A stretch of 64,000 bases of DNA from Eledone cirrhosa. Lineage: Eukaryota. Where the stretch lies: the NCBI GenBank assembly GCA_964016885.1, contig OZ024747.1:67952001-68016000 (forward strand), written 5' to 3'. Below are positions 11,397 through 25,039 of the stretch, one piece after another (position 1 is the stretch's first letter; every line of letters begins with the position of its first letter). The notes beneath the pieces are model-generated. The model saw only the letters and a list, made by a program, of their open reading frames with translations, was not told the DNA's origin and did no database searches. The position numbers were made by a program, and so were the translations under genes.

Positions 11397-12189
11397 ATTA
11401 CGTTTTAAGACGATTGGCATGACTTTGTTATTTAAGATGTAACTACTGCATTACCTTTTGGAAAACGAGTCGACTCAAGACTTGTGAGTCAAATTGAATT
11501 AATGGAAACTATATGGCCACCGGTCGAATGGATTGTACCTGTCTTTAAAAAGAACAAGCCTTGTTACATATTGGATCACGCTGAATGGATTTGGAAATTA
11601 CGTTAAGGGTATGTATATCAGTGGAATACCCAACCATTTATACGTTAATTATTGAGTTGCACGTTTTGTTTATGAAACAACTGGAACACTAATCGTCGAA
11701 AACGACGGAGGATTCATCATGTTAACGACTTTTGGAAGGGATTGAAAGCAAAGTCGATCCTTGGGTCATTTGAACTCAAAATGATTGGTTCGTGCTGTTA
11801 ACAAGAAATTCGTGTAAGGAGATAAGAAAGTAAAGAAAAAAGGATCCTTAAATTCTGATAGGGGCGTCGTCTTGACTCACGACGTGTCTTGGGTTTTTTA
11901 AATGTGGTGATGCCAGTTCCTTTAGAGAAATAAATAAACGAATAAATAAATAAATAAATAAATAAATAAAGAACGTGACAAAGAACGCTAGAGGAATAAT
12001 CCACCCCAGTACTTCACTGGTACTTTATTTATCGACCTTGAAAGGTGAAAGGTAAATTTGACCTTGGCGTGATTTGAAATAATTGCTCAGTGAGCCGCAA
12101 CACCTACTGAGACATTCGATGCTTCTAACGACACTGCCAATTCATCACCTTCGTAAGGTGGAAATCATATCATCGGTGTTCATATATAC

Positions 12190-13480
12190 ATGAAATTCAC
12201 TTTGGTCTTCATGAAAGATTCACGTAACTATTTTTTGTAGTCATCCAAGTAGTATTTTTGCTCGAATTTGCCTATAATTAAGGGAAAAGGAATTTCTCGG
12301 TCATTCCCACAGTCCTGTTAGTTGCTATTGTACTTGTAGATAGTGATGATTTGACCATCTTTGCACTGTTGCGGAATATTTCCGCATTTCTGCTGTGCAA
12401 TTCCATCCCATCGTATTAGAAGACCTCCGCGGGAATGCTGTCAACCCCACAAGCTTTTTCTGGTTTTGTATCACGGATGGTAGTTACCAGCTCCTCTATA
12501 CTCGTGGTAGATCTAAACAAGCATATTCTGGAGGTTATTGGACACATTCCAGAGCTCAGCAAGAAATTGAAGAGGGTTGGTTTAATAGTTCACTAAAAAG
12601 TTCCAGACAGCGCTTCGTGAGATCGCTTTTCTTTACGTAGAGGTATGAAACATTCTTACTCTTTATTGGTGCAATACCAACTATCTAGAAGCCGTAAACA
12701 TCATTCGAATTGGCATTGTAAGAATCAGCAAAAGCCTGAATTTCAGCTGCCTTCTGGTTCCATTATTGATCTTTGAACAACCGCAGTTTCTTATTTGCGT
12801 CATCTGGTAACTTACCATACATCTTCTTCATTTAGAACATCTTGGTGGTATTTACGTTTCTCAGATGCTGTATTTTCAAGTCATTTTCATCAAACCAGTC
12901 AAAAGGCTTACATTTAGAGAAACCAATTGAGGCAGCAGATGTTTTATATATTGCCTCACGTAACTGCCTCCTACAAGCATCAGTTCGTGAAGTGTTAGCC
13001 GGCAGTTTTTCAGGCAGCTTCTTTGAATTGCTGATTACATTTACTGCAAGTGCACGTTGCACCTCCATATTTTTAGTTGGCTGAGATGCAGTCTTTTTGG
13101 TGCAATTTTGCTAGATTTCTTGCACTTTAGTCTCACAGACAAATTACACGTGATACGAATCTGCAGATGATCAGTAGAACAGCTAGTCTCCACCCCACCT
13201 CACATAGTACAGATATAGCTTATGTCTGCAATATTGTTTCTCCGCGTGAATCATAGTGCAGCAGATGACACCAGCTGTAAAACTACTTTTCAGGAAGCCG
13301 GGAGAAGATGTTTGTCATAGCAATATCATATTCATTGCTTAGCTCCAGAAGAAATTGTTTATTGGAGTTGAGTTCTCCTTTTCCAAACTGACGCAATGCA
13401 TGGTCCCATGTTTGGTAATCTTTCCCAATTCTTGCATTAAAATCACCTAGGACAAGCAGCCTAGTGGCTGATGGAACTGT
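12190..13480 (-). mobile_element. Degenerate RTE-clade LINE relic (endonuclease end to RT start)
   Basis: Fragments VLGDFNARIG, DWFDENDLKIQHL and QCKDGQIITIYKY...DCGNDREI match the RTE ORF layout; many stops and frameshifts. Confidence 0.7.
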
Positions 13481-14132
13481 GTCTTTTTCTTCTTTTCTTA
13501 GCTTCCGACATCAGTAATAGTGAACTCACTGGATATGATACACAAGTCTGTTTAAGTTTTTATCCTTCTTTTATCGGAACGTCCTCAGGCTGGAGCATGT
13601 ATCACAATCTCTAAATAAGGCTGTTTTGTCACTTGAGCAGGACCTCATCGGCATTATCCATCGCCAATCTGCAGATTTACGGTTCGCAACTACCAGCATC
13701 TCAAGCCTGTCAACTTCACCAATCATCTATCACCATTTAACATTTTTTTCTTTTTCTTTTTGTCATACACCATTTTTACGCTCCTGTCTTAAGTACCTGC
13801 GTAGCCGCGAGCAGACACAAACACCTTCCGACCTATATGCCATTAACACAATGGAACAACAAAGATGTTGGATGGAGAGAGAACTTCATCTATTTAACCG
13901 GTAGATGGAAAAAAGGTTTACTTGAAGACGTCTTTTATCTGCTGTGGCACAGCATCGTCATAGTGTATGTACAGGTCTTTCTATAAACATTTGGTCACTG
14001 CAACTTGTTGAATGTTGCTGTTGGTCCGCGATTGCTTATTAACCACCAAGCTGGTTCATTCGTATCTTACTAGAGGGCATATCAATATCTGCCGCCAGTG
14101 AATATAACCTTTAGTAGTACAGATCTACTTAT

Positions 14133-14200
<68 letters not shown>

Positions 14201-14264
14201 TCGTTTACCTGTTCCAGCCATCCGGCTGAGGCCATGCTGGGGCACCGCCCTTTAATATATATAT

Positions 14265-14339
<75 letters not shown>

Positions 14340-14531
14340 GAGAGAGAGAGAGAGAAATTATAGTAGTAATCGGTTTCCGTTATTTGAATTTGTATAACTT
14401 GAAAGCGAGGACTGAGTCGACATACTGGGGTGGTTGACTCAACATATGACTCAACATATCGCTTTTCATCATTTTTCCCTGTTGATCAACCGTAGGTACA
14501 ATGAAGGCAATTCCTGGAGTGTATATATGTG

Positions 14532-14563
<32 letters not shown>

Positions 14564-14714
14564 TGTATGTATGTATGTATGTATGTATGTATGTATGTGT
14601 GTATGTGTGTATACACGCACACACACACACACTCACTCACACACACACACATACACACAGACACACATATATATATACATTTATATATATATATACAAAA
14701 ACATATTACATATA

Positions 14715-14753
<39 letters not shown>

Positions 14754-16069
14754 GGTGGTGGAATATTCTGTTTTGATCTAGAGAGGGATGGGCTCCGCCA
14801 GGTTTAAATGCCCGAGACAAGTTGTATATAACAACAGTGCCTCTACGACTTCACCAAGTACTGGGCTTGATGGAATCATAGAAGAGCATGCATAACGTGG
14901 ACCTTATAACGATAAAATATGATAGTTGTCTGAAGAAAAATCGGTAAAGAAAGAGTCGTTACTAACTACCACAAGGACAGTTGGTCTAGAATGGTATTTA
15001 ATTCGAGGTTCTACTGTTGTTTATCTGTAATTTCACCGCCCTATTACTATAAATAGTAGGTTGGGAAAGAAAGCAGAAAAAGACACGGGAAGAAAATGCC
15101 TGGTTTTTTAAAAAATAGAAAGAAATATCTGGGTTTTATCTGACTGCCGACTAAGCTTATTTTCTGAATGAAAGGGTAACACCCATCAAGTTATGTAAGC
15201 GTAGGATTATAATGTGGCAATGAACTGACAATGAAGAGGACAACTTCTATTTGGGTATTAAATGACTTATTTATTTCCACGTATATCTTACATTATCTAT
15301 CGCCATATTTAAAATATGTGAAGGCGCTTAGTGGTTAAGGTGCTGGGCTCACGAGCGTAAGATCGTGACTTCAATTACAGAACAAGGCAGGGCGTTACGT
15401 TGCTCCTGTCCGCTTCGCTGGAAAAATGGGTTGCGATAACACAAGCTGCATTGGCTTTTGTCTTTCCTTAAGACAACATCGGTTGAGTAGAGAAGAGAGA
15501 CTGGCTATAAATGAGCGATTACTGCTCTTCCACAAAACACCTAGCTCGGTCTTGTGCTTCGGAAAGGCAAATCCACGCTCAGTCAGTCATGGGTGCATAA
15601 CCAAGGGCTTGTTACATTTAAAAGATGGGGAAAATATTGATGTTGAGGAAGGAGACGCGAAAATATATAAGATCGCGTGTCATCGGAGTTCTACTCTATC
15701 CGTGACCAAGACATTTTTACTTCTTTCACAAATGGCCTGGCTAATCTAACTGTAACTCGGTTGATGATATTGTTATTGTAACCTCAGTCAGCCATCATCC
15801 AGCTGACTCATCACACATGTCGTCTATTTTATGCGTGTGTTGTATGGAAATGCCAGTTTGTGACATTTTCTCCGCTGCCTAGTGCATTGTTGTTGTCGAA
15901 TAGGCGGTGGGTTGGTAGAATCTTTAGAGCTTTGGAAAAACTACTTTGCAGCATTTATTCCAAATCTTACAGGGGTTAACGTTGCCTTTCATCCTTTTGA
16001 GGATTAAATACTAGTCAACTACTAGGTCAACAGACAGACAGATATTCAGACATTCAGACAGACAGATAG

Positions 16070-16129
<60 letters not shown>

Positions 16130-16131
<2 letters not shown>

Positions 16132-16983
16132 GACAGTGGGGAAGAAAAAAATGGCTTCACTTGTGCTTTCAACAAATTTATTTTCTTCACAAAATCCAAA
16201 AAGAATTTTTTTCCGGATTAGAAAACATTTTTTTTTTTTTTTTTTTTTATAAATTGAGTCGTTGGTTGTTGGTTAGGTCTTAGGAGTTCTTGGTTAACGT
16301 AGGAGGTATTGTTTCGTTTTTAGAAAGACCTTTCACGCTGAGGTGCGCTTGTCAAACTGATGTGTATGTGGTGTGTTGTTCTATATATAGGGATTTAACA
16401 TGTTTGTGGTGCAGTGGGGTTTTTTTCTCCCCCTTTAATAAGTGTAGGGTGTAGGTGTGTTGAAAAAATGTTAATAGCAGTAAGAGTTGAGACAGTGAGT
16501 AGGGTTGGGTGGGGAGAAATGTAGCAAGCGCGGCCTGCCCCGGTCATTCTCGAAAAATTCCTTTATTCAGGGGAAAAAGCTTTTAGCATTCCTTTGTATC
16601 GAAAATGGTCATAGGCAAAGCGCACCTGCCAAGCTTGTAAACAATTATTTTTTTCTGAAGAATTTTTCTACGTCCATCCCAAAATTAGTCCTTTGTTCAA
16701 CACACACATATGTGCGTATATACGTACATACACACACGGGCATATGTAGGAATATATAGGCACACACCATCAATCACACACCCATGTACATATACATCCA
16801 CATACATACATAAAGACATATAAAGACACATATAAAAACACATATACACATACGTATACACACGAATATGTACTCATACCTCCACATGGGTATATATATA
16901 TATACATACATATACATATATATACACACATAAAGATACATAACTAAATATACATATATACACATACACACACACACACACGT

Positions 16984-17030
<47 letters not shown>

Positions 17031-17138
17031 TATGTCCGTATATATACATCCGTTCACACATACATGCATACACACACACACATACAAACACATACACACA
17101 TATACATATATATACACACACATATATATATTTTTATT

Positions 17139-17182
<44 letters not shown>

Positions 17183-18172
17183 CACATACAAACACATACA
17201 TACACACATACATACACATACATATACATACATATATATATATATATATATACATATACATACATATATTCATGTGTACACATAAGAAGAGGGGGGGGGG
17301 GTAGTGAAATGGAATTTTACCTCCGAGTGTTAATTCCTTTTTTCGTGTTCAGTAGTGGTTTAAATTTTTCAATGAAGAATTCTTCTTTATATCTGCGGAA
17401 ATGTTCGTTATCCGACCATATCTTGAAGAAAGAGAAGATTGTGAATTTTCCCTTCCCGCATGATGCAAAGTGTGCGCTACATGTGGTATTTCTGACTGTG
17501 GGGTCTTTAATCTGTTGTTTATGTACCCGGACTCTATCATGTAATCCCGTTCCGGTTTCCCCAATGTAATACTCTTTACACTGTGGACATGTTGCGCAAT
17601 ATATTAGGTTTTTCGTTTTGCAGTTCATGTTTGCATTGACCTTGAAATTATCATGGTTTTTGAAGGACAACTGTTTGCCCTCTTCGATGAGTTCACAGGT
17701 TCCACATCTAGGGTCCCCGCATTTCGCCACTTGCATTGATTCCATGTTGGTCGTAAATTTTGCCTTGGTAATTAGTTTTTTAAGGTTGGGTGCTTGGCGT
17801 CTGCTATAAATTATCTGTGTGTTTTTTAAGAGTGCATTCATTTTGGTAGATTGTTGTAGAATCGGGAGATACTGCTTAGCAGTTTTCACAATGTTGACGT
17901 TCCCTGGGTTGTGAGTGATGACAAAAGAGATAGCAGGGTTTTCTTTTTTATGTTGTGGGTTTGGTTTTCTCAGTGTTGTTATTGGGATGTTCTTAGCCTT
18001 GGAGATGGCTGCGTTGATGAGTTTCATCGGGTATTCTTGTTTTTTAAGGAATTTTTTCAGGTCACATAATCTTTTTTCTTGTAGTACGGGGTGTGTTGCT
18101 ATAGTGCAGATGCGCCTTGCCATGTTGAAGGGAATGTTCCTTTTCGTATGTGAGGGGTGTGCTGACCGGAAA

Positions 18173-18178
<6 letters not shown>
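16130..18178 (-). mobile_element. 5'-truncated PLE (Neptune-like): RT C-terminus, Zn-finger, GIY-YIG and 3'UTR, flanked by (TA)n
   Basis: ORF 17317-18178: HPSHTKRNIPFNMARRICTI, CGDPRCGTC, NLIYCATCPQCKEYYIGETG, PLLN. A microsatellite interrupts the UTR. The 3' boundary is approximate. Confidence 0.85.
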
Positions 18179-18228
<50 letters not shown>

Positions 18229-18312
18229 GTGGTTACACAACAGTTAGTTCACTATACCGAGGACAATTGTTTCACCTTAGCAGATCCTCAGCTCGAAATG
18301 AACCATATACTG

Positions 18313-18515
<203 letters not shown>

Positions 18516-18591
18516 GAAGTAATTCCGTCGGAAAGGTCCAGGAAAAAAGAGTGCTCTATGTAGGTTACTGTCAATAAATACACCAGGATTT

Positions 18592-18652
18592 TTTCATTCT
18601 GATGACTGAAAGCAAATTTTGTTTGCTTTCAAGAAACCACTGGTAAATGAAA
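18592..18652 (+). ncRNA. Type I hammerhead ribozyme (canonical core)
   Basis: TTTCATT CTGATGA C-TGAAAGCAAA/TTTGCTTTCA-A GAAA CCA-C-TGG TA AATGAAA; 7-bp stem I; GUA site. Confidence 0.8.
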
Positions 18653-18677
18653 TAATTATCTTATGTTGTTTATTACA

Positions 18678-18726
<49 letters not shown>

Positions 18727-19219
18727 CGAGATGGGTATATAGCTGGGTGGTAAATGAGTAGATAGATAGACAGACAGATAGATAGAGAGTTGGAGAGAGA
18801 AGAGATAGAAAGACTGATAGATGGGTGAGGAAAAACTGAGACAGAGTTTGAGTTTCATTCCTCCATACTAAGATATCTAAGATACAGAAAATGATGGAAT
18901 CTTCAACAGTCCTTCAAACGCCCACTAGTATTTTTTTTAATTTATCATAATCATCGTTTTATAATTAACGAGTAATTGGATTAATTTGCAGTATTGAGTA
19001 CAACATATGGTGTAGGAAGTGAAAATTAATTCCAGAGGAAGGCGGTTCTCAACACTAAACTAACAACCTAATCTGGTAAAACACACAAGTGTCGTGGTTT
19101 CAATGGTTCAAGGGTTTTTTGTTTCAAGTCGTGTGTAGATTCCATGTGTTTGGTGGAAGGTAGGAATGAGAGGAATGGCATGCTGGTGGATAGCAGCGGT
19201 ATATTGGTCTGACTGTTCC

Positions 19220-19470
19220 GGCACGTGACTTAGTGGTTAGTGCGTTCGGCTTACGATAGTAAAATTGGGAGTTCGATTCCCAAATCGGCCGATGCGTTGT
19301 GTTCTTTGAGCAAGACCCTTTATTTCATGTTGCTCCAGTTCACTCTGTTGAAAAAAGAAATAGTTGCACCTACAATTCAAAAGGCCAACCTTGTTATTCA
19401 CTGTGTCATGATAAATCTTCACGAGTATTACGATAAGGGTTCACCTGTTAAACACTTAAAAGAACTGCTT
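19220..19470 (+). mobile_element. tRNA-derived SINE (family 2)
   Basis: A-box TGACTTAGTGG, B-box GAGTTCGATTCC, body ttgagcaagac; related copies near 15322, 27780(-), 41640(-), 42575 and 45318. Confidence 0.75.
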
Positions 19471-19494
19471 TATCTTCTAAATTACAAAGTCACG

Positions 19495-20017
19495 AATCTT
19501 GGGTAATAACTGAAAGAATACGATCGCGAATACAAGTGGCCGAAATGGGGTTCCTCCGAAGGGTCTATGGAGTAACGTTACTCGATAGAATGTGTAGCTC
19601 GGAGATCAGAGATTCACTTCAGGTAGAGCCGCTACTTCTCCGAACTGAGAGATCACAGCTCTGATACTATGGGCACGTGGTTAGCATGTCACAGGAAAGA
19701 ATCGCTGGACAGATTTTACAGGCAAAACCAGCCGGCAGGAGACCCAAGGGTTAACCCTGAGCAAGATGGTTGGATAACATGTATGAGCTTGGCTGGTCTC
19801 GCTCGGGGATCAAGCCGCATCAGTTGGTTGACAGGACCCGCTGGAAAGAGTGTTTGAGGACTCTACGTCCACGACTCTCTCAGGAATAAGTGGGCAAAGA
19901 AGAAGAAGAAGAAGAAGAAGAAGAAGAAGAAGAAGAAGAAGAAGAAGAAGAAGAAGAAGAAGAAGAAGAAGAAGAAGAAGAAGAAGAAGAAGAAGAAGAA
20001 GAAGAAGAAGAAGAAGA
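19495..20017 (+). mobile_element. RTE-clade LINE 3' end with (GAA)n tail
   Basis: ERIRSRIQVAEMGFLRRVYGVTLLDR...LQVEPLLLRTERSQL*YYGHV...RW followed directly by a long (AAG)n. Confidence 0.8.
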
Positions 20018-20439
20018 CTTAACTTTCTCCTGACTATCACTCTTTATCCATCTCTGTTGCGAACTAGGACTTGGGTGGTTGCGAACTCTTTATCATACCA
20101 TCCCATTATGTTACCCGCCCTTTATTTCTTCGGATATCCTTGCCTTCTTTTCTCTTGAAAGCTTCAGTTACCATGGTGAACCAGATTACGTATTTGCCCG
20201 CATCCTATCTGCTATGCTTACATCTATACTACCAAAATACCTTTTCACCTATATTCAGATTTATGGTATATGTGATGGCTCTTTTCAACTTGGGTAATAG
20301 AATAAACTCTATAAATAATGAACACAACCACAAGGATATGGTCCGAACGTGGAAGAGCCGAACTCCCACTGTCATCGCCTCCATCTCTCTCGCCATCCCC
20401 ATCTCTATGTATGGTGAGCAAATGGTGTCCCACGTGCTG

Positions 20440-20770
20440 GCCTCCCCACAGCCCCGGCGGACAGAATGGAGAAGGCGTTTCCTCGGAGGGTGGTAAGGGA
20501 GATGCGCTGGAAGAGCCATTCCAACTCGCGAGGCTCACACCTGCGACTGGCTAGCCAGCGCCTATGGTGGTGAGTAGGGAGGTAGCCCTAGGGCCAAGGA
20601 CACCAGAAGTGTCCACTACTAAGGGCACGACCGCAAACCTGTCGGAGAGCGACCGGTACATGGAGAGTTTGCCCTCCTCAGCCAGACGTGCAACAGAACC
20701 TGGGTTAGTCGCAGACTGCACCAGGTTGCAACTGGAGAAAGTGTCGGTGCAAGTGGCATCGTGCGAATGC
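20440..20770 (-). mobile_element. CRE-like non-LTR retrotransposon relic (restriction-like endonuclease C-terminus)
   Basis: DATCTDTF...AEEGKLSMYRSL...VPLVVDTSGVLG...EPRELEWLFQRISLTTLRGNAFSIL, with one frameshift. Confidence 0.7.
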
Positions 20771-21133
20771 TTTCGTTACTTATGTGCTCCGTCTAGGAGA
20801 TGCTAATGATTTTTTCTGTAACATCTCATGTCGAATGTCAATATTATCCTTCATTATTCTGCTATGAGCGTTCACCTCTCACATGTATAAAAAATAAGAA
20901 AGGGTATTGCTAAATTAAGAATTATTATTAAGTTTAATATACTATAATACAAATCTTCCAAAGTAGATATAAAATAGGTATAACGTAAAAAAATTCGTTA
21001 AATATAAAAATAGCTTCCTTCTATAAACAGCATTTTCCTCCGAATCTGAAATTAGTCATTGCTTTGATAGACAGATACGCATACACGCATAGACAGACAT
21101 ATACATACATACATACATACATACATACATACA

Positions 21134-21167
<34 letters not shown>

Positions 21168-21230
21168 CATACATACTACATACATAAACACAACATACAT
21201 ACATATATATACATACATACATATATATAA

Positions 21231-21262
<32 letters not shown>

Positions 21263-21321
21263 ATACATACACAAGTACATACACAGGCACATATATATAT
21301 TTATATAAGTATATATATATA

Positions 21322-21395
<74 letters not shown>

Positions 21396-21444
21396 TGTGT
21401 ACGTACACACCCACACACACACATAAATATATACGTGACAGCAG

Positions 21445-21790
21445 GTGTCCGACATAAACCCACAGGTCAGCAATACTCAGACACTCGAGGAGTGCGTGCA
21501 GGAAGGTTGGACAGTTTCATCGCCCTGCACACATCTCGGAAAAGTCTCGACTGACGGTACTTCCCTGCCTGTAGAGTTTATCCCCAACTGGCAAAGCTCC
21601 TCGGAAGCACTGCAGGCCAGGAATTTCTGGAGGTTATCCATGGGCCCAAGACCGAGAGTCCTCTGAAAGAGAGTGGCTAGTTGATTTTCGTCAAAAACCC
21701 AGAGTCTCCCCAAGGACGTCATCGTTCTTACCCTCCTCTTTTATAGAACGCTGAGGTGGAGTTTCCACCGATCGTACTGCCCGATTTGCT
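21445..21790 (-). mobile_element. Diverged Tx1-type ORF2 fragment
   Basis: DENQLATLFQRTLGLGPMDNLQKFLA...PRCVQGDETV parallels EDELASLFGRTFGPGPMDNFQKSLA...PRCVRDEETV. Confidence 0.75.
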
Positions 21791-22055
21791 GAGGGCTGTG
21801 AGCGCTTGGCCAAAAAAGAAGAAGAAGAAGAAGAAGAAGAAGAAGAAGAAGAAACTCTGTTGGTAATGAGTTCAACTGTCACCATGCTTAACTGTTAGTG
21901 TCGAATGGTAAATATATCATTACATCATTGCATAGACACAGATACGCAACACCCCCTGTCCCCCTGCACCGAGTCCATCTTGAGGACACACCTAGAACAT
22001 GTCAAACAAATATATCCTCTTTCAGAATACATACATAAAAATTATATAAACATAC

Positions 22056-22115
<60 letters not shown>

Positions 22116-22150
22116 CAGAGTGTTATAGTTTGCTTGAAGCGTTTTGGAAT

Positions 22151-22433
22151 AGGAAACACAAATTTAAATAATTTGAAAACCATACAAGGCACTAGAAAGA
22201 AAATCAAGATTGCTAAGATAACAAAGAATCTTACCTTAGCAAATTTGATAATCCCAAATATTTTGGGTTTAAAAATCCATTATCAAGAGAGTATCCCTAT
22301 GAGAAACTTAAAAGATCGATCAGAGTAGACTTGATAATGGGTTTTGAGGTAAGATTTTTTTTGTTATCTCTGCAATCTTGATTTTCTTTCTAGTGCCTTG
22401 TATGCTTTTCAAAATTATTTAAATTTCTGTTTC
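22151..22433. repeat. Imperfect inverted repeat (fold-back insert)
   Basis: catacaaggcactagaaagaaaatcaagattgc matches the reverse complement gcaatcttgattttctttctagtgccttgtatg; arms ~90-100 bp. Confidence 0.85.
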
Positions 22434-22599
22434 ATTTTATTTTTATAAATATACATATATATTTATTTATTTTTATAAATATATATATATTTATTTATTT
22501 TTATATATATACATACATATATATACATATATATATACATACATATATATACATATATATATATATTTATTTATTTATCTCTATCTATATATATATATA

Positions 22600-22791
22600 G
22601 GATAAAGTATGACCCCGACGGCAGAGCTCAAACCGTTTCGACGGCTATTTCTGGTCCAGAAATAGCCGTCAAAACGGCTTGAGCTCTGCCGTCGGGGTCA
22701 TACTTTTTCCTATTACCCACTCTACTACCCTAAGTATTGAGTACTCTGGTGCGTTATGGTCCATCTGGTTCCTTACCACAATTCCTTCGTT
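22600..22791 (+). mobile_element. Fold-back PLE pLTR mini-insertion in (TA)n
   Basis: Homologous to 2866-3002; inverted arm 22600-22654 ends at tcc|TA; forward arm ends at ttcgt|T(TA). Confidence 0.9.
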
Positions 22792-22801
22792 TTATATATA
22801 T

Positions 22802-22872
<71 letters not shown>

Positions 22873-22877
<5 letters not shown>

Positions 22878-23877
22878 GTTTGTATATGTATAATAAAGCC
22901 AAAAACAATGCAGGTATGGACATAGAATAAAGAATGCAAATGCAAAAGATATTGTTGACAATTAGTCTTTTACCTTAGATTTATTTAAATGTCCTTAATT
23001 TTCGAGATAATATCTCTTCTTCAGAGGAAGTAAAGCTCTCAAACCAGTGTTCTAAATAGCTTGCCAAGTCATGCTGACAGGAAATGGTATAGAGTATCTG
23101 TTCTATCTCTAATGTCAAAGAGTTAAAATTAGGTGGATAAAGAGTAGTCTCCCTTTAAAAGGGGTTTGTTTTTTGTTTTTTTTTGTTTTTTTATACATGC
23201 CTGTTTAAGTGTGTGGGAGAATGCATGAAGGTGTAAGTATGTGAGTGTGTGTGTGTGAGTGTGAGAAGATATGTCTATTCGTAAATGTGGGGATAGGTGT
23301 TATCTGGTGTTAGAACTGGTTTTGTGTGTGTATGTGTGAGAGAGAATAAGTGGAGGTGTAAGCGTGTGTGTGTGCGCGTGCGTGTGTGTGGGGGTGTGTG
23401 TAAATATGGGGCTAGAAGCCCTATCAGGTTATAAATTGGGTGTTGAGTTCTACTCTATTATTGATTGGTGTTTGTGTTTTATCTATAATTAGTGCTTCCT
23501 TAATTCTAAGATTGCCAAGGTTTCTTTCCTTAGTTTCTATCCTAACTGTTATGGTTTTGTCGGTGTTTTTGGATTTAACTAGGTGTTTCTTAAATGAGGA
23601 AGCGTTAGTATTGAGGTGTTCTTTTATTCTTATGTGGAGTGGTCTGGTGGTGCTACCTACGTAGAAGTTGTTGCATTTGTCACACTCTAGCCTGTATACG
23701 ACGTAAGCCTGGTGGCATAGGTCTGTGTCGTTGATGGGGCAGTTGGCTAGTCTGCAGCAGTTGTCATGTCTGGTGGAGTGTCTTTTGGTTAGCTGTCTGC
23801 ATTGTTTTGGCTTTATTATACATATACAAACGTTTATACCTCATTACACAATGCTTGAAGTGAACTATAACCTCCTC

Positions 23878-23880
<3 letters not shown>
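22873..23880 (-). mobile_element. 5'-truncated PLE (GIY-YIG end + 3'UTR + HHR) with inverted 5' segment
   Basis: Minus frame ~23800-23424 reads [31 protein letters not shown]...LRIKEALII...INN*. 23797-23838 is the inverted copy of 22871-22913. (TA)n on both sides. Confidence 0.85.
22992..23028 (-). ncRNA. Minimal type I hammerhead ribozyme
   Basis: TCCT CTGAAGA A GAGAT-ATT-ATCTC GAAA AT TA AGGA; palindromic minimal stem III (AATT), typical of PLE HHRs. Confidence 0.8.
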
Positions 23881-23969
<89 letters not shown>

Positions 23970-23973
23970 TATA

Positions 23974-24011
<38 letters not shown>

Positions 24012-24136
24012 TATACATATATATATATACATATATATACATATATATACATACATATATATATATATATATACATATTTATTTATTTATATATATGTAT
24101 GCATATATATACATATATATTATATATGTAATATAT

Positions 24137-24276
<140 letters not shown>

Positions 24277-24343
24277 AATATATATATATTATAATGTAAG
24301 AAGAAATAGTAGACACAGATATATACCTATTTTTTCTTCAATG

Positions 24344-24434
24344 TCCCGACTGTACAGTTTCGCTGGTCTGTATGCAAGAATCTTACATCATAGAGAGGTA
24401 AGATTGTTGTGAGGTAAGCCAGCTTTTCAAGGGA
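24344..24434 (-). ncRNA. Type I hammerhead ribozyme, U3-A8 variant (second family)
   Basis: TCCC TTGAAAA GCTGG...(inner hairpin AATCTTAC/GTAAGATT)...CCAGC GAAA CTGTACAG TC GGGA. Confidence 0.78.
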
Positions 24435-24606
24435 ACACCTCAGGGAAAGAGCGCTTCTAGACATGTCCATAGCATGCGAGAAAATCTCAAAAGGCGGTGG
24501 GAGATACTATCACGTGATACACCGGTCAAAATATGTGTGTATATATACATGTGTATGTATGTATGCACATATATGTCTGTACCTCTCATTATATATATAT
24601 ATATAT

Positions 24607-24772
24607 AACGAAAAAAATGTGGTAAGGAACCAGGTGGACCATAACGCACCAAAGTACTCAATACTTAGGGTAGCAGAGTGGGTAATAGGAACGAGTAGGA
24701 CCCCGACGGCTGAGCTCAAGCCGTTTCGACCGTCGAAACGGCTTGAGTTCAGCCGTCGGGGTCCCACTCGTT

Positions 24773-24775
<3 letters not shown>
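24607..24775 (-). mobile_element. Fold-back PLE pLTR mini-insertion in (TA)n
   Basis: Long arm on minus ends ttcgt|TA; short plus arm 24731-24775 ends ttcc|TA. Confidence 0.9.
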
Positions 24776-24828
<53 letters not shown>

Positions 24829-24830
<2 letters not shown>

Positions 24831-24930
24831 AAAAAGTATGTCCCCGACGGCAGAGCTCAAGCCGTTTCGACGGCATTGAGTACTCTGGTGCGTTATGGTC
24901 CATCTGGTTCCTTACCACAATCCCTTCGTT
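24829..24930 (+). mobile_element. Inverted + forward PLE pLTR mini-insertion in (TA)n
   Basis: 24829-24874 is the inverted HHR 3' half ending ttcc|TA; 24875-24930 is forward, ending ttcgt|TA. Confidence 0.9.
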
Positions 24931-24933
24931 ATA

Positions 24934-25039
<106 letters not shown>

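Noticed and set aside
16318-16362. Possible U3-A8 hammerhead (TTGACAA GCGC/GCGT GAAA GGTC) on minus in the Neptune-like 3'UTR
   Set aside because: Core and stem II fit, but no convincing stem I; degenerate at best.
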